Source: Lingula anatina (Eukaryota; Animalia; Brachiopoda). Taken from it: a stretch of DNA of 64,000 bases. The stretch lies in NCBI GenBank assembly GCA_051362555.1, contig CM120644.1, forward strand, positions 21,102,534 to 21,166,533. Direction: 5' to 3'. Numbering within the stretch: position 1 is the first letter of the stretch; each line of letters begins with the position of its first letter. The notes beneath the pieces are model-generated. The model searched no databases, was not told the DNA's origin, and saw only the letters and a program-made list of their open reading frames with translations. A program made the translations under genes and the position numbers. Positions 36,161 to 50,600 of this stretch are shown in pieces.

Positions 36161-37728
36161 ACCTTAAAAATTAATTTTGGTAAGATTAGTGGCCCTTTGT
36201 ATATGATAATTGTATATGTAGCTCGTATGTTTTGGCATTTCCTTTCCTTCGCATCAAAGCATAAAAAACGTGGTTGCAGTGAATGGAACATTTTGAGTGA
36301 ACACTAGTTTGTCGTGCGAAACAAAGGCAGCATGAAGACATGATCGGTTTTACAACCTAATCCCAGTTATAGCCATTTTAAAGAATTATATGCAAACACA
36401 GTGAAAAGTTTACACAAAAATCCGTTTTCTCAAAATAAGTTAAATCTCATAAACTTTATAAGCTAATTCTTATAAACTCTACTCTGGTCTTCAGTGTTAT
36501 GTGATCAAGCAACACACAGCAAAAACAACCCAACAGGACTGATACCTAATCAGGACTTTTGATCTAAATCACCCCTTCAACCCTACCAAAAACAAGGACG
36601 TTTGTGTATTTTTTAATTTGTGTTATTATTTACTTTTATTAGCATCATTACTTTTTTCAAAATTTCCTGTTGAATTGTTTTTTTAAATTATTTGCTGAAG
36701 AGGACTGAAAAAGATGACCGTCTACAAAACTTCATTTTGATAATTAGGAATATCCATTACACTTTGCGACAGCTTATGTAGTAATTAAAAAATGTCATCA
36801 TAATAACACCTTCTATGATTTACTTATTTCTTGGTGAAGATTTATAAATATGCTTTATGATATTGACTTAGTCTTGAATGACACACAAATTGACACTATG
36901 CTGGGAATTTTGGTAGTCTAATTAGAAATAAGTTTTTCTCATCAAATATACCAGTATCTCCTCACTGTAATACATGTATATTTATTTCGAAAAAATCTAT
37001 CCTATCCCTAGTTTCATAGCGTAAAAGCAATAGTTTGTCCCCTTCCAGCACTGAAATATTGGTCTGTCACTTGGTAGTCACACGTTGTCAATACACCGAG
37101 AACCAAAGTCAGTTTATTCTTAGCTTGTATCACACCGCATATTCACAATTTTATCAAGATTCCAATACGTGTGGGCAAATTGTAATATCGTGAGCACATC
37201 TGCACTTTCATAATAGTGTAATTTCAGAAGTGTTATTATTTTTTATAATATAGTGTTTTCAATAACTTGTAGATTTACATCTTGTTCTCGTCTTCAACTG
37301 AACACAGTATGTCTAGAGAGTTTCCTGTATGCATTTCACGTGATGGAGTCCTTCCAAAAGTTAACTTTATTAAAATGTCTTTTTTGTATTAAGATGAACT
37401 AGCAATTATTTTCAAAAGAACTTCGTCTTATTACATATTTGTCCACACGTTATTTTACAACCAAACAGAAAACCGGTCGTACTAGCACAGTGCTCTACCA
37501 TGGCTTACTGATAATTTTATGGCAATCACTTGATTATTTTTGATAATTTTGTAACGATCAGTTCATCATATTGTTTCCATTCATCTCTTAACCAAGGCCA
37601 GTTTTTATCGACATCAATTCTGTTTAAGAGCTATTCCGAAAGTGTCGTTTCAGGTTCGAGAACTGACGAAGAGAGAGCACTGTACATGTACTACTACTTA
37701 GAAGCACACACACACATATATCGTATTC

Positions 37729-37988
37729 CAGAGGCGGATCCAGGTTTATTTGAAGAGGAGTACGAAGCCGCCCCCCCCCCCCCCCCTGGGCTGTGGGTCG
37801 GGGCACGCTAAAGGGCCCCAAAATTTTTTGATATTTTAGAGGGCAAACGGTGCCATTCGGTACAGTTTAGAACTATGATTCAACTAGTCAAAATTCTAAT
37901 TTCAAGAGGGGACCATTGGCGTGATTTTTTTTAGAAATCGAAGAGGGGGGGTTAGGTCCCACCTGACAACCCCCTAAATCCGCCACTG
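37729..37988. mobile_element. hAT-like MITE, family A copy 1
   Basis: Ends CAGAGGCGGAT / ATCCGCCACTG; interior shared with 40429-40720; flanks TATTC / TATTA. Confidence 0.85.
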
Positions 37989-39311
37989 TATTAAACCAGC
38001 AATATTCTGGTTTGGCGCTTGGACTTAGTCCATGAATAAAACGCTCGCTATGTTCGATTCTATGTTCGATTCACGTATGGTACAAAATATTATTACCCAA
38101 AGCAATCGTTACATTTCATAACAAACGGCAACCCTGTAAATTAACTAGAAGACAAACTTCGACAAGCGAGACAATCTTGGCATGGATGCAGGCGCTAGCC
38201 ACTCAAATCTGATGTCTTTGATGGAAGACGCATCCAGTAAGCGGTAGTTAGGAGTCACTGAAAATAAACGGAGAAATCCACATTAACGGGGCGATGCCTA
38301 ATGGTTTGATAAAGTAATAAACATATAATCGTCACAAAAATACAATTAAGTTATTTTATACACGACAATATAGTAAACTTAAGGTAGATTTATTAGACTA
38401 AGGTGTATCCCTCCATGAGGAATATCGTGATGATGGTAAAAGTGCCCACACATGCATGCACCATTTTACACTTAAACCGGTCGTATTATAGAAATGCACT
38501 TTATAGTAGGAGAGTTATTAAAAGTTACCAGTTCTCGGATTACGCAAATGTTTTATTACGGTAAAATCTGATAAATAAAATGTTTGAGTGACGGAAATAA
38601 ATTTTGATAAATATTTGACAGAAGGGTCCGGTTGGCTGACTAGGATAATTCAACTGTTTGGTGTGTGCAGGGACGGAGAAATTAGTTTTTTCTCTCGTTT
38701 CGTTCGTAATGCTGTTAATTCCTGGAGGAGTAAGCTTACCTCCAAAGCTAAGGAAGGGCTACCCCCCCCCCCCCCCCCCCCCACGGATGGCAACTACCCT
38801 CTACCAAGGCCACAGATTTTTCATTAGATATTCACAGATATGTCTCTAGTTAAATGATAGGACTTTTCTGCACAATATGCGCACCTAGTAGGTTGTATGA
38901 TTAAAGTAGATCTTCTTCAAATTCCAGTGTGCTTACATAAATGATACCGTATTCCGAGCGATAGCAAATTCAGGCCGTTTTTTAAGAAACAAATAATTAA
39001 CGTCAAAGGAGGATCACAGTGCCAACCAAATATGTTTGTTGTCAGTAAACAGAATATATTTTACACTTCGCTATCGTCTAGAATGAAAAGAGTGCCATTA
39101 AGGAGGTATGGATGTATTACCTGTCCAGTCGTAGTGTTTAAGACTGATTTATGCGTTCAGAACTTTGGACAGCTGGAATAACCGCCACTTTTTTATTGGC
39201 AAATGCTCTTCCTCTGAAAAAATAATATAAAATAATTAATTAAGCTTTAAGTTCATTTTGCTTTGAGCTCACTGAAACAGGGTCCTGAGAACGATGTTGT
39301 AGGTTTGCTTA

Positions 39312-39534
39312 TACCCCCTTTACACTGGACGGCGTCCTTTCTGCGTCCTTTCTGCGACCATGAAATTTGGCATCGCTGTGGTCTTAATAAGGAGGCACGA
39401 GCATTGAATTTGTATCAGAATGAATGCTCAATGATCGGCCAGTTATCGTAACGTAAAGTATTATAATTTTTTAACTCTTAAATGGGGCCGTACTGCTGGA
39501 CGCAGAAAGGACGCCGTCCAGTGTAAAGGGGCCC
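39312..39534. mobile_element. PIF/Harbinger-like MITE
   Basis: TIR CCCCTTTACACTGGACGGCGTCCTTTCTGCGTCC / GGACGCAGAAAGGACGCCGTCCAGTGTAAAGGGG; TTA at 39309-39311 and 39535-39537. Confidence 0.85.
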
Positions 39535-40428
39535 TTAGCCCTCAGCGTATTATACGCCGTACGGCAGCGGGGCTGTACATGCGTATCCTCCCCATGGAGG
39601 CGATATATATTTTTATTATTTGAAAATATTAAATATTAAATTTTGGACTTCAAAGCACTCACGCCAATGGCCATTATGCCTAAAATAGGAAATGCTCCAT
39701 TTTGGGGAAATTTCGTCAACGCAATGTATGCAAAGTAATCTTAGTAATCAGCACAGTACTTACCAAAAATTGCTGGAGTTTTCAGTGCCTAAATATCGTT
39801 CTTTATGTGGGAATTGTAGCAGTGTGGCATTTGAGGCTCCTTTTTTCACCATCTTCTACTGACCTCGGACCTATCTGAACACCTCTCACGAAAATACTCG
39901 CCTGGATTACATAATAACACACTTGACCACCTTCCGATCGGAAGCCTCGATTTAGTCTTTGTTACTAATAAGGCGTGTACACGGATTCCTTTTCCCAGTA
40001 AGGCGATTCGCGGTTTCTGAAATTAAAATGGTTAAAATAATCACATTTTGTCAGTCCTTATACTTGATATGAAGTGAGCAATCAGATTTCATGGGTCGAA
40101 TGAATGAACAATGAGCCGCGGGATTGTGGTAGAGAAGACAGGACGCTAATTTAACCCAAACCCCGTCTTTTCATGTCTGTAAATTCCTAAGACAGATCTT
40201 CATTTCCAGGCTATTATTATTATTATTATTATTAACACAATACAGTTGAAACACACCGTGGTATACTGCTCAACCCCTAACATTTACATTGGGTTTGTGG
40301 CGCCGTACAAGTACGTTGAGATTTTTAATTATAACCTTATATACGCCCTATATATACATGTCAGATCTCAAATGTGCTTTACGTCCACAAGAAATATCTA
40401 ACTGTGATGTTCAAATAATTTGCTTAAT

Positions 40429-40490
40429 CAGGGGCGGATCCAGGATTATTTGAAGGGGGTCTCCACGGATGCGGAACCGACGGACCCCCC

Positions 40491-40538
<48 letters not shown>

Positions 40539-40720
40539 TGGGTGTTGGATGTGCGGCCCGCTGAAGGGCCCCGAAAAATTTTGGTATTTTAGAGGGCGAA
40601 CGGTGCTATTTGGTTCGGTTTAGAAGTATGATTCAGCTTGTCAAATATCTAATTTCAAGAGGGGACCAGAAATGGAAGGGGGGTCAGGACCCCCTGAACC
40701 CCCCTCTAAATCCGCCACTG
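40429..40720. mobile_element. hAT-like MITE, family A copy 2
   Basis: Ends CAGGGGCGGAT / ATCCGCCACTG; TTAAT on both flanks; internal TTTTAGAGGGC.AACGGTGC and TCTAATTTCAAGAGGGGACCA shared with copy 1. Confidence 0.88.
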
Positions 40721-41694
40721 TTAATGTAGGCTACCAGTATGAGAATATTAAAAGAATGGTAAACTACAAAACTATCGTCTTTATAAAAACTTTGCACTTT
40801 GAATTTGACAAAATAATTATTTATAAAATACATGAATTAGAAGACCCGTTTATTGGCAGATGCATAGTAAAGAGAAAATTTAACCATTCATATATCACAA
40901 GATAGTTTATATTTAATAGCATAACTGAATCAAAGCAACTCGCATTTCCTTTATTGGATATTTTCTTATAAAGATTACAGTGAGGAGAATAGGTCCATTT
41001 TGCAGGGAAAATAAACTCAAGCTTGTTTTTGTAGAGTTCTATCAGAGACTGAGACTGAAATACTTGCTAGGGCTGAATATTTTCTGAACGGTTACTATTT
41101 TTTCTGTCGTAGTTCATTCACCAAACGGCACTGGGACACGATTGAAATGTCTTTAAATTTTTTAAGTTATAAACCTGTGACAATGAATTATGTGAATGAA
41201 CAAATATCACCTTTAATGCCATGCTTTTAGCCAGCATCTTGGCAATAACTTCAAAAGTTTCAACCCATGCCTGAGGATTAGCTTAAAGGCACCAACTGCT
41301 CTTTAGGCCCACTTCACAGAGAGCTGTACTCATATTGTTGGGTCCAAGAAATTGCAGAAACACCATTTCTACCCTAGAGATTTTGATAAAAATTGTAAGA
41401 CGTAATCTGCAGACCATGAAATGACTGTCTATTTATCTAAAGTCAAATCTGTGAATATCTTGTGAAAAATCAATCTGTCACCCTGGTAGAGGGTAGGGTG
41501 GAGGGGCAAACGCCACCCCCCCAAGTCCCTGAAAATTGCGACCCTAATGAAACAACCAGAATAAATGTCCCCACCCCTGCTTGAACAAAGCCAGAATAAT
41601 GTGCATGCTGTCGTTTGTTTCTCGAGAGGTGTCAGTGTTTGTCTCTGAAATTCCTGATCTCAGTCCTCTGCCCTCATCAGTTGGATAAGCTTGG

Positions 41695-44600
41695 ATGGGT
41701 TGTTGTTATCACAATATCTGACTATGTCCTAAATCCTGCCAAATATCGTGTACTGTACACATGGATAAGACATAGTGCTGCTCTTGGTGCTGTCTTTCAC
41801 TGCCTTCTATTTCATGGTAAGGGTACTCTGGAAAAAGAACAATATAACTGAAAGAACTGAAAATTACATTGAAAAGACTGTCAAATTCAATGACTTAAAA
41901 TAGTTAAACGTTTATATTTTTGTCAAATCTGGTCTAATATTTCTGAAATTTGTACAAATGATGCTGAACAACAATAAAAATATGTGATAAGCTGATCAGT
42001 TAACTGTATCTAATGAAAAGTGTTTTTTAGGACAATATATTTGGGAAAACTGAAAATAACATTGATAAGACTGGGAAATCGCAGGACTTAAAATAGTTAA
42101 ACGCTAATAATTCTGTCAAAAATGTTCCAATATTTCTGAAATTTGTACAAATGATTTTTAACAACAATAAAAATCTGTGATAAGCTGATCAGTTTACTGT
42201 ATCTGATGAAAAGTGTTTTTGAGGACAATATATTTGGGCAAACTGAAAATTACATTGAAAAGACTGGCAAATTCAATGACATAAAATAGTTAAATGTTAA
42301 TAATTTTGTGAAATCTGGTCTAATATTTCTGAAATTTGTACAAATGATGCTAAACAACAATAGAAATCAGTGATAAGCTGATCACTTGACTGTGACTAAT
42401 GAAAAGTATTGTCTTCTGATGATATATTTGAGAAAACTGAATGTTACACTGAAAATTAACACTGCAAAATTCCATGACTGAAAATAGTTAAACGCTAATA
42501 ATTTTGTCAAAAATGTTCCAATATTTCTGAAATGTGTACAAATGATGCTTAACAACAATAAAAATCTGTGATAAGCTGATCAGTTGACTGTATCTAATGA
42601 AAAGTATTTTTAAGATAATATATTTCGGACAACTATAAAATTACATTGAAAAGACTGGGAAATTGCAGGCCTTTAAATAGTTAAACGCTAATAATTCTGT
42701 CAAAAATGGTCCAATATTTCTGAAATTTGTACAAATGATGCTTAACAACAATAAAAATATGTGATAAGCTGATCAGTTGACTGTATTTAATGAAAAGTGT
42801 TTTTGAGGACAATATATTTCACACAATTAAAAAATTACATTGGTAAGACTGGGAAATTGCAGGCCTTAAAATAGTTAAACGCTAATAATTTTTTCAAAAA
42901 TGTTCCAATATTTCTGAAATTTGTACAAATGATGCTTAACAACAATAAAAATCTGTGTTTGTGTTGGAAGTTGCAAGTTACCTAAACTGTCAACTGGAAA
43001 ACAACATATACCCATAAATGACTTCTCCTTACTACCAATGCCAGATGCAGTTTACTCCTTACCATGGGATTCCGGAAGGGGTTGTTGTTATCACAATATC
43101 TGACAATGTCCTAAATCCTGCCAAATATAGTGCACTGTACACATGGATAAGACATAGTGCTGCTCTTGGTGCTGTCTTTCACTGACTTCTTTTTCATGGT
43201 AAGGGTACTCTGGAAAAAGAACAATATAACTGAAAGAACTGAAAATTACATTGAAAAGACTGGCAAATTCAATGACTTAAAATAGTTAAACGTTAATAAT
43301 TTTGTGAAATCTGGTCTAATATTTCTGAAATTTGTACAAAAGATGCTTAACAACAATAAAAATCTGTGATAAGCTGATCAGTTGACTGTGACTAATGAAA
43401 AGTGTTTTTAAGGACAATATATTTGAGAAAACTGAAAATTACATAGATAAGACTGGGAAATCATAGGACTTAAAATAGTTAAATGTTAATAATTTTGTCA
43501 AATCTTGTCCAATGTTTCTGAAATTAGTACAAATGATGCTTAACAACAATAAAAATTTGTGATAAGCTGATCAGTTGACTGTGACTAATGAAAAGTTTTT
43601 TTTAGAACAATATATTTCGGACAACTAAAAAATTACATTGAAAAGATTGGGAAATTGCGGGACTTAAAATAGTTTAACGTTAATAATTTTGTCAAATCTA
43701 GTCCAATTTTTCTGAAATTTGTGCAAATGAAGCTAAATAACAATTAAAATCTGTGATAAGCTGATCAGTTGACTTTGACTAATGAAAAGTATTGTCTTTG
43801 GTTGATATATTTGAGAAAAGAGAATGTTACACTGAAAATTAACACTGCAAAATTCCATGACTGAAAATAGTTAAACGCTAATAATTTTGTCAAAAATGTT
43901 CCAATAAATCTGAAATTTGTACAAATGATGCTTAACAACAATAAAAATCTGTGATAAGCTGATCGGTTGTCTGTGTCGTTTTGTTATGGTAAAGTTAATG
44001 GGAAATTGATCATCAGAAGAGTGAGAATTAACTGAAACAAATATTTCAATATTGCAATGTATTATTTACTCTGAGGGATAACAGCAAATGTGATGATTTG
44101 AGGTTGTTTGTGTTGGAAGTTGCAAGTTACCTAAACTGTCATCTGGAAAACAATATATACCCATAAATGACTTCTCCTTACTACCAATGCCAGATGCAGA
44201 TTACTCCTTACAATGGGATTCTGGAAGGGGTTGTTGTTATCACAACATCTGACAATGTCCTAAATCCTGCCAAATATAGTGCACTGTACACATGGATGAG
44301 ATATAGTGCTGCTCTTGGTGCTGTCTTTCACTGCCTTCTTTTTTCATGGTAAGAGTACTCTGGAAAAAGAACAACATAAATGAAAGAACTGAAAATTTAC
44401 ATTGAAAAGACCGGCAAATTCAATGACTTAAAATAGTTAAACGCTAATAATTTTGTGAAACATGTTCCAATATTTCTGAAATTTGTACAAATGATGCTTA
44501 ACAACAATAGAAATCTGTGAAAAGCTGATCAGTTGACTGTGACTAATGAAAAGTGTTTTTAATGACAATATATTTGGGCAAACTGAAAATTACATTGAAA

Positions 44601-47600
44601 AGACTAGCAAATTCAATGACTTAAAATAGTTAAACGTTAATAATTTTGTGAAATCTGGTCTAATATTTCTGAAATTTGAACAAATGATGCTTAACAACAA
44701 TAGAAATCTGTGATAAGCTGATCAGTTGACTGTATCTAATGAAAAGTGTTTTTAAGATAATATATTTCGGACAACTATAAAATTACATTGAAAAGACTGG
44801 GAAATTCAATGACTTAAAATAGTTAAACGCTAATAATTTTGTCAAAAATGGTCCAATATTTCTGAAATTTGTACAAATGATGCTTAACAACAATAAAAAT
44901 CTGTGATAAGCTGATCAGTTGACTGTGACTAATGTAAAGTTTTTTTTTAGGACAATATATTTCGGACAACTATAAAATTACATTGAAAAGACTGGGAAAT
45001 TCAATGACTTAAAATAGTTAAACGCTAATAATTTTTTCAAAAATGGTTCAATATTTCTGAAATTTGTGCAAATGATGCTTAACAACAATAAAAATCTGTG
45101 ATAAGCTGATCGGTTGTCTGTGTTGTTTTGTTATGGTAAAGTTAATGGGAAATTGATCATCAGAAGAGTGAGAATTAACTGAAACAAATATTTCAATATT
45201 GCAATGTATTATTTACTCTGAGGGATAACAGCAAATGTGATGATTTGAGGTTGTTTGTGTTGGAAGTTGCAAGTTACCTAAACTGTCATCTGGAAAACAA
45301 TATATACCCATAAATGACTTCTCCTTACTACCAATGCCATATGCAGATTTCTCCTTACAATGGGATTCTGGGAGGGGTTGTTGTTATCACAATATCTGAC
45401 AATGTCCTAAATCTTGCCTAATATCGTGTACTGTACACATGGATAAGACATAGTGCTGCTCTTGGTGCTGTCTTTCACTGCCTTCTTTTTTCATGGTAAG
45501 AGTACTCTGGAAAAAGAACAACATAAATGAAAGAACTGAAAATTTACATTGAAAAGACTGGCAAATTCAATGACTTAAAATAGTTAAACGCTAATTATTT
45601 TGTCAAACATGTTCCAATATTTCTGAAATTTGTACAAATGATGCTTAACAACAATAGAAATCTGTGATAAACTGATCAGTTGACTGTATCTAATGAAAAG
45701 TGTTTTTAAGATAATATATTTCGGACAACTATAAAATTACATTGAAAAGACTGGGAAATTGCAGGCCTTAAAATAGTTAAACGCTAATAATTTTGTCAAA
45801 AATGGTCCAATATTTCTGAAATTTGTACAAATTATGCTTAACAACAATAAAAATCTGTGAAAAGCTGATCAGTTGACTGTGACTAATGGAAAGTTTTTTT
45901 TTAGGACAATATATTTTGGACAACAAAAAAAATTACATTGAAAAGATTGGGAAATCGCGGGATTAAAATAGTTAAACGTTAATAATTTTTTCAAAAATGT
46001 TCCAATATTCCTGAAATTTGTACAAATGATGCTTAACAACAATAAAAATCTATGATGAGCTGATCAGTTGACTGTGACTAATGAAAAGTGTTTTTAATGA
46101 CAATATATTTGGGCAAACTGAAAATTACATTGAAAAGACTAGCAAATTCAATGACTTAAAATAGTTAAACGTTAATAATTTTGTGAAATCTGGTCTAATA
46201 TTTCTGAAATTTGTACAAATGATGCTTAACAACAATAGAAATCTGTGATAAGCTGATCAGTTGACTGTATCTAATGAAAAGTGTTTTTAAGATAATATAT
46301 TTCGGACAACTATAAAATTACATTGAAAAGACTGGGAAATTCAATGACTTAAAATAGTTAAACGCTAATAATTTTGTCAAATCTAGTCCAATTTTTCTGA
46401 AATTTGTGCAAATGAAGCTTAATAACAATAAAAATCTGTGATAAGCTGATTAGTTGACTGTATCCAATGAAAAGTTTTTTTTAGGACAATATATTTTGGA
46501 CAACTAAAAAATTACATTGAAAAGATTGAGAAATCACGGGACTTAAAATAGTTAAATGTTAATAATTTTGTCAAATCTAGTCCAATTTTTCTGAAATTTG
46601 TGCAAATGAAGCTAAATAACAATAAAAATCTGTGATAAGCTGATTAGTTGACTGTATCCAATGAAAAGTTTTTTTAGGACAATATATTTCGGACAACTAA
46701 AAAATTACATTGAAAAGATTGAGAAATTACGGGACATAAAATAGTTAAATGTTAATAATTTTGACAAATCTAGTCCAATTTTTCTGAAATTTGTGCAAAT
46801 GAAGCTAAATAACAATTAAAATCTTTGATAAGCTGATCAGTTGACTGTATCTAATGAAAAGTATTGTCTTCGGATGATATATTTGAGAAAAGAGAATGTT
46901 ACACTGAAAATTTACACTGCAAAATTCCATGACTGAAAATAGTTAAACGCTAATAATTTTGTCAAAAATGTTCCAATATTTCTGAAATCTGTACAAATGA
47001 TGCTTAACAACAATAAAAATATGTTATAAGCTGATCAGTTGTCTGTGTTGTTTTGTTATGATAAAGTTAATGGGAAATTGATCATCAGAAGAGTGAGAAT
47101 TAACCAAAACAAATATTTCAATATTGCAATGTACATACGTATTATTTACTCTGAGAGAAAACAGCAAATGTGATGATTTGAGGTTGTTTGTGTTGGAAGT
47201 TGCAAGTTACCTAAACTGTCATCTGGAAAACAATATATACCCATAAATGACTTCTTCTTACTACCAATGCCATATGCAGATTACTCCTTACAATGGAATT
47301 CTGGAAGGGGTTGTTGTTATCACAATATCTGACAATGTACTAAATCTTGCCTAATATCGTGTACTGTACACATGGATAAGACAAAGTGCTGCTCTTGGTG
47401 CTGTCTTTCACTGCCTGCTTTTTCATGGTAAGGGTACTCTGGAAAAAGAACCATATAACTGAAAGAACTGAAAATTACATTGAAATGACTCACAAATTCA
47501 ATGACTTAAAATAGTTAAACGCTAATAATTTTGTCAAACATGTTCCAATATTTCTGAAATTTGAACAAATGATGCTTAACAACAATAAAAATCTGTGATA

Positions 47601-50600
47601 AGCTGATCAGTTGACTGTATCTAATGAAAAGTTTTGTTTTAGGACAATATATTTCTGACAACAAAAAAATTACATTGAAAAGATTGAGAAATCACGGGAC
47701 TTAAAATAGTTAAATGTTAATAATTTTGACAAATCTAGTCCAATTTTTCTGAAATTTGTGCAAATGAAGCTAAATAACAATTAAAATCTGTGATAAGCTG
47801 ATCAGTTGACTGTTTCTAATGAAAAGTATTGTCTTCGGATGATATATTTGAGAAAAGAGAATGTTACACTGAAAATTAACACTGCAAAATTCCATGACTG
47901 AAAATAGTTAAACGCTAATAATTTTGTCAAAAATGTTCCAATATTTCTGAAATTTGTACAAATGATGCTTAACAACAATAAAAATCTGTGATAAGCTGAT
48001 CGGTTGTCTGTGTTGTTTTGTTGTGGTAAAGTTAATGGGAAATTGATCATCAGAAGAGTGAGAATTAACCAAAACAAATATTTCAATATTGCAATGTACA
48101 TACGTATTATTTACTCTGAGAGAAAACAGCAAATGTGATGATTTGAGGTTGTTTGTGTTGGAAGTTGCAAGTTACCTAAACTGTCATCTGGAAAACAATA
48201 TATACCCATAAATGACTTCTTCTTACTACCAATGCCATATGCAGATTACTCCTTACAATGGAATTCTGGAAGGGGTTGTTGTTATCACAATATCTGACAA
48301 TGTACTAAATCTTGCCTAATATCGTGTACTGTACACATGGATAAGACAAAGTGCTGCTCTTGGTGCTGTCTTTCACTGCCTGCTTTTTCATGGTAAGGGT
48401 ACTCTGGAAAAAGAACCATATAACTGAAAGAACTGAAAATTACATTGAAATGACTCACAAATTCAATGACTTAAAATAGTTAAACGCTAATAATTTTGTC
48501 AAACATGTTCCAATATTTCTGAAATTTGAACAAATGATGCTTAACAACAATAAAAATCTGTGATAAGCTGATCAGTTGACTGTATCTAATGAAAAGTTTT
48601 GTTTTAGGACAATATATTTCCGACAACAAAAAAATTACATTGAAAAGATTGGGAAATCGCAGGACTTAAAATAGTTAAACGTTAATAATTTTGTCAAATC
48701 TAGTCCAATATTTCTGAAATTTGTGCAAATGATGCTTAACAAAAATAAAAATCTGTGATAAGCTGATCAGTTGACTGTGACTAATTAAAAGTATTGTCTT
48801 TGGATGATATATTTGAGAAAAGAGAATGTTACACTGAAAATTTACACTGCAAAATTCCATGACTGAAAATAGTTAAACGCTAATAATTTTGTCAAAAATG
48901 TTCCAATATTTCTGAAATTTGTACAAATGATGCTTAACAACAATAAAAATCTGTGATAAGCTGATCGGTTGTCTGTGTTGTTTTGTTGTGGTAAAGTTAA
49001 TGGGAAATTGATCATCAGAAGAGTGAGAATTAACCAAAACAAATATTTCAATATTGCAATGTACATACGTATTATTTACTCTGAGAGAAAACAGCAAATG
49101 TGATGATTTGAGGTTGTTTGTGTTGGAAGTTGCAAGTTACCTAAACTGTCATCTGGAAAACAATATATACCCATAAATGACTTCTCCTTACTACCAATGC
49201 CATATGCAGTTTACTCCTTACAATGGGATTCTGGGAGGGGTTGTTGTTATCACAATATCTGACAATGTCCTAAATCTTGCCTAATATCGTGTACTGTACA
49301 CATGGATAAGATATAGTGCTGCTCTTGGTGCTGTCTTTCACTGCCTTCTTTTTTCATGGTAAGAGTACTCTGGAAAAAGAACAACATAAATGAAAGAACT
49401 GAAAATTTACATTGAAAAGACCAGCAAATTCAATGACTTAAAATAGTTAAACGCTAATAATTTTGTCAAACATGTTCCAATATTTCTGAAATTTGAACAA
49501 ATGATGCTTAACAACAATAAAAATCTGTGATAAGCTGATCAGTTGACTGTATCTAATGAAAAGTTTTGTTTTAGGACAATATATTTCCGACAACAAAAAA
49601 ATTACATTGAAAAGATTGGGAAATCGCAGGACTTTAAATAGTTAAACGTTAATAATTTTGTCAAATCTAGTCCAATATTTCTGAAATTTGTGCAAATGAT
49701 GCTTAACAAAAATAAAAATCTGTGATAAGCTGATCAGTTGACTGTGACTAATTAAAAGTATTGTCTTTGGATGATATATTTGAGAAAAGAGAATGTTACA
49801 CTGAAAATTTACACTGCAAAATTCCATGACTGAAAATAGTTAAACGCTAATAATTTTGTCAAAAATGTTCCAATATTTCTGAAATTTGTACAAATGATGC
49901 TTAACAACAATAAAAATCTGTGATAAGCTGATCAGTTGACTGTGTTGTTTTGTTGTGGTAAAGTTAATGGGAAATTGATCATCAGAAGAGTGAGAATTAA
50001 CCAAAACAAATATTTCAATATTGCAATGTACATACGTATTATTTACTCTGAGAGAAAACAGCAAATGTGATGATTTGAGGTTGTTTGTGTTGGAAGTTGC
50101 AAGTTACCTAAACTGTCATCTGGAAAACAATATATACCCATAAATGACTTCTCCTTACTACCAATGCCATATGCAGTTTACTCCTTACAATGGGATTCTG
50201 GGAGGGGTTGTTGTTATCACAATATCTGACAATGTCCTAAATCTTGCCTAATATCGTGTACTGTACACATGGATAAGATATAGTGCTGCTCTTGGTGCTG
50301 TCTTTCACTGCCTTCTTTTTTCATGGTAAGAGTACTCTGGAAAAAGAACAACATAAATGAAAGAACTGAAAATTTACATTGAAAAGACCGGCAAATTCAA
50401 TGACTTAAAATAGTTAAACGTTAATACATACCACGGGGCTGATATCAAAACAAAAGAATTGCAGGGGCCGATACAATGAATGAGACGGAGTGACTGCCAC
50501 GTGCGGAAGATGGGCAGGAAATCGGCCAACTACTCTGAAAACCACTAACGCAAACGAAGATGATTGGACGGTGACCGTAATTAGGCAGTAAACGCGGGGA